Positions 49,601 through 61,600 of a stretch of 64,000 nucleotides of DNA are shown here, in pieces. A program made the translations under genes and the position numbers. Under the pieces are notes generated by a model. That model had not been told where the DNA came from and did not search any database. It saw nothing but the letters and a program-made list of their open reading frames with translations. How positions within the stretch are numbered: position 1 is the first letter of the stretch; each line of letters starts with the position of its first letter. The stretch comes from Tubulanus polymorphus (taxonomy: Eukaryota > Animalia > Nemertea): contig NC_134029.1 of the NCBI RefSeq assembly GCF_964204645.1, positions 930,001 to 994,000 of the forward strand, in the 5' to 3' direction.

Positions 49601-52600
49601 CTGAGCGGTGAATACAGATTCTTCTAAACATCAGTGACTGGTGCTGGTCAGAAATAGTAGATTTATATCCTGTCATTTGTATTTATGAGGAGAGTGGATG
49701 TATTGTGGAATGAGTGTTTATTGCTCCCATCTCAACTGACACATGTTTTTTCCGCTGAGAAAATGGCCTTAGAAAACATGAATCGCGCGCCACCGCTGAA
49801 GCAGTCTTCACAGTTATGCATGATTCAGTATTCTCAGCTGCAATTGAATTCATGAATTCATTTAACACTTTCTGATTAGGATCTGTGTAAGTGTGTGTCT
49901 GGGTATAAGTGAATCAATGTTATTAGTTTCAGCGAATTTCATTTAATGCTGATGTTAGCTCTGTGTATGTCTCACTGTATTCTATGATTCTATAATCATC
50001 ATCGGGATTTAGGTTGAGCCAGTGACATTTACAGAAAATAATCCGCGTCAAGTAAGAAAATGAAAGTGATTAGTCTGAGTAGTACAGCGAGTACTGCTGA
50101 GCTGAGGCTTATACACACTAAAACTAATACATAGCTAACCCTAGCCTGGTCAAGTTGACTATATGCTATCCCTCGTTTGAACCTGGTCTGAGCTGACTAT
50201 GCTATCTCTTGTTTGAGCCTGGTCTGAGCTGACTATGCTATCTCTTGTTTGAGCCTGGTCTTAGTTGATTATGCTAGCCCTAGCCTGGTCAAGCTGACTA
50301 TACTATCCTTGGTTTAAGCTGACTATGCTATCCCTGGTTTGAGCCTGGTCCGAGTTGACGATGCCATCCTTGGTTTGAACCTGGTCTGAGCTGACTATGC
50401 TATCTCTTGTTTGAGCCTGGTCTTAGTTGATTATGCTAGCCCTAGCCTGGTCAAGCTGACTATGCTATCTCGGGGTTTGAGCCTGGTCTGAGCTGACTAT
50501 GCTATCCTTGGTTTGAGCCTGGTCCGAGTTGATGATGCTATCCTTGGTTTGAGCCTGGTCTGAGCTGACTATACTATCCCTGGTTTGAGCCTGGTCCGAG
50601 TTGACGATGCTATCCTTGGTTTGAGCCTGGTCTGTGCTGACTGTGCTATCTCGGGGTTTGATCCTAGTTTGTAGTTCAGAACACACATTGTTGAAAAGCT
50701 CTTGTTGTAGAATGATTGAAAGTGATATGTTTTAAACACTTGAGTGATGAGTATGAGCTGTAGGTAGTTGTATCTCATACGCACTGTTCCGACCGTGCAT
50801 CATCAGTTTTATATTGCCACTTCAATAATCACTTCGACTAATGTTTTATATGAATCCCACGACACAGTTACTCCATCTCAACGTAGAGGCTTCTCCTGTT
50901 CCTACTGCGAGGATTAGATATTCCACTAGATAGACAGTGTATTACTGTAATAATGATCGTCTATTTTGAATTGTCACGAGAATCAATCAATCAGTCTACA
51001 GTACATGACACGAGTCGCGTGAAGTTCGAACTGACAAATGCTCGGCGATAGAAGTAAAAATAGTTATTAGAGTTGAGGATGCATCTTAGAATGAGCTAAA
51101 AATCAACTCAAAACTTAAGAGATGAGAGATGATCAGAGATCTCTGCTGCTGTCTCTCGACACAGAACTTATAGAAAAAAACAACAGTTTCCGAGAGAAAC
51201 CTCAATAGTTTTCAGTGATGTTGGTTTCCATACACAAGCGACTATCTGATATCAATAAAGTAAAATTTTGAAAATGGTTCAGATTTTTAAAATGGCTCAT
51301 AGAATTGAGTCCAAACGTCGGATTCTCTTCTATTTTTTTTTCAACCATTTCATTATGTTTTTTTAACTACATACAGTGAGTGTTTATAGTTAACTAGGGT
51401 TCTGGTATTTCTTATGATTAACCCTTCGCAAGGTGAAAATATCTAAACGAAGTATTGTTTTTATATTTATAGTTGGTCGGTGCGCAGTTTGATTTGGAGC
51501 ATAATTTCATCATCCAGGAACCGGAGAGTATCAATTATATGCTGCAATTATTGGATCATTGTAAACCAAAATTACAGGTAAAATAGATACCCTCATCCCC
51601 CCCCCAAGAAAATCTCCAAAACTGAGACTAAAATCTTAAAACTGAGATTTAGATCTCGAAGCTGGGACTTGAATATCAAAAACTGTGCCTCAAATTTAAC
51701 AGAAGTGAGGATCGAATCTTATAAAAACCGGCCATAAAAGAATAATTGAATTCTGCGATAAGAATGAATAATTAGTGTCCGTGTGAAGAGGATTATTTGA
51801 GATTACGACAAAAATCTCGGAGAAAATTTCTAATCAGGGTAAAACTAAGAGGTTTATGAGAGAGTGTGACACGAGTGAGTGAGGAGAGGAAGTTTAATCC
51901 TGACAGGTGTAAAACTGATGATATTCCACTGAGCAAAATTAATTACATTCTGTTGACATCATTCTTAGATCTTCAGAGAACCCATCAGAGAACCCCCGTC
52001 GAAGAACCCGGTTGTTGTCTGAGAACATCTGCATGAAGTGACTTTGATGTTCTTTTGTTTTGACAAATTTGATTTTATTTTCTCGTGTTAAGATTAATTA
52101 TGAAGTGAGTCGTTGGCGTGCTGCTGAGAGACTCTCAAATCTCCTCATGTTTTTCTCATTTAATTACAGGCTGAAATCTGGAGCGTTTTTATCGCGATAT
52201 TGAGAAAAAGTAAACGTAATTCACAGGCGTGTACGGAGATCAGTCTTATAGAACAAATACTTGAACGACTAAGACACGCTGATAATGTCGTAGCAGGTAC
52301 GTTTCAAGTGATCAGACACTTGTCCTCGGTGAACATGTGCCAAGCCAAAACTTACAAACTACAGTGTGAACCTGGTTTAGCCAGGAGAAACTACCGAGTT
52401 CGGTATCACCATCAGACCTGGCCAGGAGAAACTACCGAGTTCGGTATCACCATCAGGCCTGGCCAGGAGAAACTACCGATTTCGGTATCACCATCAGGCC
52501 TGGCCAGGAGAAACTACCGATTTCGGTATCACCATCAGGCCTGGCCAGGAGAAACTACCGAGTTCGGTATCACCACCAGGCCTGGCCAGGAGAAACTACC

Positions 52601-55600
52601 GAGTTCGGTATCACCATCAGGCCTTGCCAGGGGGAACTACCTAATCTATAGCTACTTTCCTAAAACTATTTACTAATGACTTTAATCAGTAACTTTGTAA
52701 TATTGTAATATATAACAATGACGGTTCATAGCTGTATCTGAAATGATCTAAAATATTCCTTAACAGTTTAGAACCTAAGAGAAAATGAAAGTGATTCCAG
52801 TGGGTGTTCAGTGAGGTCCTGTACATTACCACTAGTGGACTAGTGGTATATGGACTGCAGGCACAAAAAAAACTCATCAAAAACATTGAAAAGACTTTAT
52901 TTCCTTGGATTAAAGAGTGATATCCGATATATTGAATCCCCCAACAGATGGGGGAGTATTAAACCTCCACTGCTCCCTTCATCCATCCATTGATTGTTTA
53001 CACTGATGATGTGTATTTGTAGAGTTTCGCTCAAATGGTAAAATAGTGCCTAATGATATACTAGCAAAACAAGGTATCACTTTTAAAAATGGTTGAGGTT
53101 TGATACGCTATTACTATTATAATTACTGCAGCTACTGATGATTGAATTCATTAAACACAATCAGATTCTTAATTCACACATCTGTATAATAACTTTAAGT
53201 GGCACTAACCTTCTTTTCTTTCTCATGATTCAATATCGACATTTTATCTGAACATCACATCTCAAGGTTTTTTGAGTTTCCATCTCGCGGTAGATGTTAA
53301 TTATCCAAGACTTCGTTAATTCTGATAACTTATCCATGTAATAATCCATATTAATCCATGTAATAATCCACATCAATCCAATAGTCTCTGCTATAACTGC
53401 TAAATTTCTACTATTTGTTATTATTTAACAGCTTTATAATTAAATCCATTAGATCTGTTATTCCTGGGGTCAATCCAGTTGTCAGTTGTAATCTGGTCGC
53501 TGATTGGCTTAGGTCGCTCATGTGACCTAGGTTGTGACTATATGTCAGTACTCGTAGTTGCTGGTGGTCACATGACCTTCTGGCTTAGGTCAGTCCACAA
53601 GTTGGTCATTGGCAGAGGCAGGTCACATGACTTCTGTGTCACTGCTCACTGTGTTACTTATTGGGTGTGATAGGTCACATAGTCAATTGAAACTTACTAT
53701 GGCCAACTAGATGAATGAAAGAATAATAATCAGATTTTATGAAATCCTGCCTGGTGCAGGGGAAGGACAATTAACTTTTTTTTGAGTCAGAGATTTTGAT
53801 ATCATAGATAAGCAAGCTTCCCCTCCCTTCATCAAACAGTTGATAATGAATAAACCTTTAGAAATGATTAGAGATTCTGAAATTGAGTGAGACATTGAGA
53901 GGCGATGTTCAGATAAATAAAGTTGATAATAAAACTAGTTAAAAAGCAGCAGTAGTTATTATTTTACTCCGGTGACGGTTAACACTTAAATATGTTACGC
54001 AATCTTCTCGATATTTCTATCAATAGATGATGATACTGTTTGCAGTTCTATCTCAGAGATATTCATCGAATGATAAATCGATGAATGCGATGATCTTCAA
54101 ACTCTTTGCTTGTTCTATTTCGGAGTCGGTCTCTTCTAGATGGAAATGGTTTTCGATATTTCAAGTTTTTGCTCTTATAAAAGTGTTTCATCATTCTCCG
54201 TTTCTGCCGGTGACGTCAATGCTTCTAAACAAAGCCAATTTTTTATCCGTTTTAAGGCATGAATAAAAACTGGGTAGAGGAGAAATTTCCTCCTGATTAG
54301 TGGTGTAGCTGTCTGCCTCTATCTAATTGTAGTTAATGAACAACAGATCGAAAGGTCTACATAAATTGTGTCTGATTTATTGTTATTAGCTGAACTCATC
54401 AATAAGTCTGAACAATCTTTCAAATTGACAAATCAATATCCAATACAGGTATAGCTTGCACCCTGCACCCCTGCAACATGGACCCTGCATCCTCCTAGCC
54501 TGGAAGCTGCACGTTCTTAGCCCGGACCATGTTACCCTTTCGGTATGGACCGTGCACCCCCTCTCAGCCTGGACCTGCACCCGCTCAGTCCACAGGACAC
54601 TTTGTATCCAATTCTGATTGTGCACACTTCACACAGCTAATGGTCAATGTCTGAGACTATTCTAATATGTCTGAGGACCTGTGCAGCTAATGAAGGCTAC
54701 TTTATAATAACTAATGAGAGTTTACACTGATGATTCATGTTCCACGATGTAATTACAGTGAATAGAATAGTGTAATCAGTATGTGGCGTTTACAGCACTG
54801 AACTGTGTCGCCTCGAGTTCTACCACTTTGAATTCTGTCAGTGACACTGACTTGAAAAAATCTCTTCTTTAGTTCTCAAACAAGCGCGAAAAAAACGCTG
54901 TATTTCCGTACGAGACTAAAATCAGTATCGCACTGGTGGACTAGTAACGGACTTAGTAACGAGTGTGATTATTGCGGTGATAGGTAATTGATGGCACGTC
55001 TTACGTAGTGAGGAGGGTCTCATAAAACATTCAATGGTCCAGTGATCAGCTAATGATCTCAATCATCATCATCATTTATACCGTTTAACTGCCCTTCGTC
55101 AGTGAGATCATTCACATCAGTTCTTAACCTTACACGACAAAAAATCAATGCTCATTTCTTTACAGAAAAGAAAAGTTCCTCTCTCCCTCGTGTCTCTCAC
55201 CCTCACTCCCTCATCTCTCTCTTCCTCTACCTCACTCTCTCCCTCGCGTCGCAAGAAAATGTCGTCGACATATTTCAGATATCTGTGTATCAGCGGTCGG
55301 TTGTAATACTGTATTGTATAGAACTAGCAGGAAAGAGGATTAATTTCATCTCGTCCAATATTGATAATATCTTTATTAATCGATTGATTATTATTTATTG
55401 ATTGATTATTATGATACGTAATTCCCGCATGACGCGTGGTCAGGTATATCATCAACGCTGAACACAATCTCAGATATATCAAATTAATTATCACAAATAT
55501 CGTCTCATGATTTCATCTCCGTCTATGAATAATCATATTTGTTTAGATTAAGAAAAGTTAGAAATCTGATATTAGTGATATATTAATCTGTGTCCATCTT

Positions 55601-58600
55601 AGTTTTATATTCAATCTAACAACTTAAGAGTAGTATTCAGATTTAAGCCCTCTTTTGGACTTTATTCAGACTATGCTCCAACTGAGTCCTGGTCTCATGC
55701 CCCAACTGAGTCCTGGTATCATTGTGCTTATAAATAGGAAAAGGAAAAGTGATTTATCAGTTGATAGTTTATTAAGAATTGCTAAGTGTTGATCGATGAA
55801 CCTGCAACTGCTGGTACTGCTGTTGCTGCTGTAGCTGGTGCTGATATTGGTTGTCGATATATTGATACAGGATAAGTGGTTTCTATCCTGAAAAACGTTT
55901 TAAATCAACATCGGTTTTTTATCTATCCGAAATTATAGATACTTTCATTGAGAATATCATCAGGGGAAAAACAGATAATCTTTAAGATATCCGATATCTC
56001 TCTCTCTCCTCTCTGTCTCTCCTTTCAAAATTCTATTTCTCTTCCCTCTGTCTCTCTTTCCTCTCTCCGCGGTTCTCATACTGTATCCTATCATGAGACT
56101 TGTTTCTGAATTGCGTGTATGACAGTAGTTGTGGTTGCCGGGGGTAATGGTTGCTATGTTGGCTGGTTGCTATGATAATGCAGTTATGATGGATTCGAGC
56201 TATTAATGTGTAATTCATGTTATAAATGATGAATCTGAATAATATGCCCTGGAGCAACGCGTAAAAAGACTCTGTTAAATTCTGCTGATTCTATTATGAA
56301 TGATGCATTACGTGTCTATAGCTAGCTGGCTGCAAGTCTCTGCCCAAAACCACAATTTAACTCATCAACACAAATCAAAGTCCAGAATAGATCAATTTAC
56401 CTTCAAATTTATGCAATGTACCCTTACAATGATTCTTGGTAGATAGAAAAAATGTTCCCTATTTTTTCAATACACTTTACTAAAATGTTTGTGACCGTGT
56501 AATGATGATGTATGTTATTATTGTATTGTAGATTTGTTGATTGAAATGCTCGGAGTTCTGGCTAGTTACAGCATAACAGTCAAAGAATTAAAACTGCTAT
56601 TTAATCTGCTCAAAGCTCGTCAGGGTAAATGGGTAAGTCTCTCGATCACTGTTGTTGAATTTAGCCTTCAACCTATTGAGCATCTATCACGGTGCATGTC
56701 CCCATTGTGATTAAGGCTAGAGACCCAGATATGAATCTAACTCAGCTACCACCATGAACCCTGGATTGAGAAGAGCCAGTGAACAAAAGCTACCACTCGG
56801 CTGCCTCTCAGCTACCACTCAGCCACTTCATCTCTCTCACTAGCTACCGACATGAAGTCAATCAATTATTGTACATCCTGACTAAATGCCAGACCAAGTT
56901 GCAAAATAATGACTTGATTTATCACCAGTCTTAGACCATCTCGATTCTATAGCCAATCAAACAACTTGAGACCAGTCTAAGACCAACTTAGTTCTATAGC
57001 CAATCTAACAACTTAAGACCAGTCTAAGGTGGTCTTAGTTCTATAGCCAATCTAACTACTTAAGTGTGTACCCCTGACCCATGGTTGTTTCTGATATTTG
57101 ATTTGTTGTGGTTCTGTTTATTACATTTCAGCCTCGTCATTCAGTGAAACTGTTATCAGTGTTAAAACAGATGCCTCAGAGACATGGTCCCGATGAATTC
57201 TTCAGTTTCCCCGGAACGAAGGGTTCGGCGATCGCTCTGCCACCTATTGCTAAATGGCCGTATCAGAACGGTTGGACATTCAGTACGTGGATCAGATTAG
57301 ATCCAGCATCAGGTGTTACCATTGACAGAGATAAACCTTATCTATTCTGGTAAGTATTTCATGTCCAATCTGGTCCAACATGTCCAACCTGTCCAACCAG
57401 ATCCTCATAATGATGTTATTTTTGTTCTAGTTTTCGGACAAGTAAAGGTATCGGATATTCAGGACATTTTTTGGGCAACGCCCTCGTGATCACGGCAATG
57501 AAAATCAAAGGCAAAGGATTTCAACACTGCGTCAAATTTGACTTTCAACCGAGAAAGGTAATAAATTCTTAGATCAGAAATTTGCCTAAAATTTTACTAA
57601 AAAATAATCATGATTTATTTGAATTTTTGAAGTATAAACTGATCGTCGTAGGCAACTATATTGATTGAATTAGGGTTGTTACGGAGAGAGAATATTCTAG
57701 ACTCGGTTAACCTACACAGTACTACCCATACAGGGTGGCCACTTACAGGGGAACCAGGGAAAAGTCAGGAATCACATATAAAACAGTTTCCGCCGTCGAT
57801 GTCTTACATATTTGACTGTGTTTATTGATTGGATTTTTAGCAGATCAAGTCAGTGAAAACAACGCGTATGTCAGGGAATAATCGGGGGGAAAGCAAGTCT
57901 AATAAAAGTGGCCATCCCGTCACAGTTACTGATTTGACTGGTTATTGTGGCTTCTGTACATCTTTGTATTTCAATAAGAATCTAAATGCATGTGAGAACT
58001 GTTGGAACTGGGTTCTAGTTGCAGTCAGTCGGACCACATGACACACAGACGCCAAATTATGATGAAAATTATCTGATATATTTTCAGCAAATGTTTTCTA
58101 TCAATCATAATTTCTATAAATTGAACCCCGGATGATCTGAATTTCTGTAATTCTTCTGTCATACATCTACCCATTAATTATACTCTTCATTGCTCTATAA
58201 TTGTATAATAATAATCATAATAGATAATAATAATACCGTATGATGATGACTTTGATATAATTTACGTCATAAATATTTTTCAGTTGCGTCAATCTATAGA
58301 TAAAAATGATGTTGTTTGTTAATAAAATTGAAATTCACTATATACAAATTTAGAAGAAGATTAGAAACAAAATTTGTTTACTCTTTCTAGAAACCAACAT
58401 CAGGTGTGGATAAATACATACATTTTCTCAATTAACTGGTTCCCCAGTAGTTCATAGAGTCCTCCACGTATTTCCTCATACCTGATGATGGTTTAAAATA
58501 GAGATGAGTTTGAAACGTTGCGTCTATTAATTCTTGATTTACTATGAATAAATGTTGTATTTCTAGTGGTATATGGTATCAATAGTATTTGTATACAATC

Positions 58601-61600
58601 GTTGGTCTAAAAGTGAATTACGATGTTACGTTGATGGACAACTCGTTTCTTTCACTGATATGACCTGGTTAGTCAGTACCAATGATGTAAGTATCGCTCA
58701 CCCATCGCCGTAGCTGACCCACATAAACTTACCAAGTCAAAATATATCCTTAGAAATAAATGACTGATGTTAAGATATTAGAATAGCTATACCAACATCA
58801 TGTAGAATGGAAACTTGGAAGTCGTAACTGTTTCGTCACTGGCTCCAGATGTATATTGCCCTTAGATGTTTCTAGTGTCGTTATATGACATCATCCTCTC
58901 CCCCAGCAGGGATTCAAACCTGATGGCATCGAGCCTCATTCCCTCTCCAGGTAGGGATTCGAACCGGTATGGTATCGAGTATCAGCTATCCCTGTTGGGG
59001 GAGGATGATACAACACATCCCTCAGAAAAAAGTCTACTATAACAACAGTTCTTTATCTCCCGTCACCCCCTCTCTCTTCTCTCTGTTGTCATTGTTTTGA
59101 TGTGATTTGTTTTTCAGCCGTTTGATAAATGTTATATCGGAGCGTCGCCGGAGAATGAAGTTGATAATATATTCTGTGGTCAGATGTCTACGATTTACGG
59201 ATTCAGTGAAGCTCTGAATCAGAATCAGATCAGTGCCATGTTTCAACTAGGACCCGGTTATAAAGTGAGTAAAAGCAACAAACTCACAACTGTAAAACTC
59301 GCAGCTGATGTAGAAATTAAAGAGACAGTTGATAATGATAAACAAATACCGGTGCAATAGATGAGAAGCTATAAAAAGTCAGATGCGCATTAATGTGACA
59401 GCTACCGGTAGCTATTATCAGCTACTAATGTAATCTGATGCGTTGATTAATGAATGAATGAGTGATTTGTAAATACGATTATAAAACGATTCGTTTGTTT
59501 TATTCTATTTTCTCAGTGTCAATATCGTAATGAAAATGAGAGCATCGCGTTAGTCGGAGAACAACAGCGTAAAATCCTCTACGACGGAAAATTAACTAAT
59601 TCCATCATGTTTATGTACAACCCAATAGCCTGTGATAGTCAGCTATGCCTGGAGTCGTCCCCCAAAGGCAATCAGTCGATATTCATACATTCACCGCATT
59701 CACTCATGTTACAGGTTAGTTCATATCCTCTTCTTGTTTTCACCCTCGAGAGATTTTAATTTGTATTCTTGCTTTTGTCTCATGTTTCGTTTTGTTATAT
59801 GTGGGCAGTTTCACGTGAGGATGTTGAAATTGGAAATTTTCATGTGCTGAGATATTGAGCAAGCGTTCCTTCATCATAAAACCCCATTCAAAGTGTCTTA
59901 TAGTTTCAGATAGATTGAGATACACTTTGAGATTGAGATACACTTTGAGATTGAGATACACTTTGAGATTGAGATAGACTTTAAGATTTTGAAATACTTT
60001 ACTCTTCACAGTTACTTATACAATTCAAGATATTGAGATATTTTACTCTGACAGTGTCTTACAGCTTGAGATACAGTTATGTAATATCGATATACAGTTT
60101 TATGATATTGAGATGCAGTTTTGAGATACAGTTATTAGATAATGAGATCTTGAGATACAGTTTTGAGATGTTCAGATAAAATGTTCATTCATCAATAACG
60201 AGTTGATAATGAACAAGTGAAATATCGCACAAACCGATAACAGCAGAACGCGTGCATGAAAGAGAAAGAGAGAGAAGACATTCAGTCAATATCTGTTCTC
60301 TTTATCTGTTTGATTAAATTGATATCTCTATTGAATTGTTTGTTATGAAAATCTTCCCTGTTGTTTTCATTGACTGATGAAATAATAAGATTTTTATGTT
60401 TTGTTTTTTCAGGATGTAAAAGCTATAGTTACCCATTCCATCCATAGTACCCTACATTCCCTCGGAGGAATACAGGTTTTATTTCCACTGTTTGGTCAGT
60501 TAGATTGTGTCCATGAAACTGCAGACGGAAACAATGAATTAGTTGACTACACTATCTGGTACGTAGATATCATAAAACCCAAACGGAACCCAGTTTCACA
60601 ATCATAACCACCCTAGAAAAACAGGATTCTTACAGATCATAGAATTCTGCTTCTCTTCTTGAAAATCATGGATAATTCAGGGAATTTAAATTTTTGGTGT
60701 CTTGTTCTTGCTGGTGGCGAGTGACACAAGGAACTTCTTGATAATAAAAAGCCCCTACTGAGGATATAATCGGGGATTTTTTATCATGGGTCAGGGAAAT
60801 CTGTAAGAATCTTGAGACTCGTTGTATGGTAAACGGTTAATCTAGAACCAAAATAAGTGCATAGACTGGTCAAAAAAGTCATGACTATGTAACTAACTCC
60901 TTTCTGTATAACTGTTTTAGCTTCAACGTTTGAATGAGAACTTGCCTTAAATAAATGTTCTATCCTGTTTCTTCGTGGTCTATCATGCTCTAAATATTTT
61001 GATATTTTTCTCACTATTTTCAGCTCTACATTGATGAGTTTGCTTTGTGATTTATTGGAAAGTTCAACTACAATTCAACAGCAATTACTTCAAAATAAAG
61101 GATTCCTTGTCATCAGTCATTTACTGGAAAAAGTGCGTTCATTTCGGATTTGTAAATGATGATACTTTGTTCAACATTCTGATGATTATGTTTCTGTTTT
61201 TCAGTCATCAAGAGAACACATTACTGAAGATGTTTTAAATGCGTTCCTCAAATTGACGAAGTACCTCGTGTGTTTAGTGACCGGAGCTCCTTTACTTAAA
61301 CATCTGTTCGATCATATATTGTTTAATCCGTCTCTGTGGATCTATACCCCTGTTGAGGTAAGAAGAATACACTTAGCTTAAGTCAGATCTATTGACTTGA
61401 GAGTGATATCTGAGTTGGATGATACAGTAGACTCCGCTCAAGTCTGATCTTTTGATTTGAGAGTGATATCTGAGTTGGATGATACAGTAGACTCCGCTCA
61501 AGTCTGATCTTTTGACTTGAGAGTGATATCTGAGTTTGATGGTACAGTAGACTCCGCTCAAGTCTGATCTTTTGACTTGAGAGTGATATCTGAGTTTGAT

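Noticed and set aside
56690-56810. tRNA-like A/B boxes on the minus strand (and GGTTCGAATCC-like motifs elsewhere)
   Set aside because: No cloverleaf can be built. At most these are decayed SINE heads, so no tRNA gene is called.
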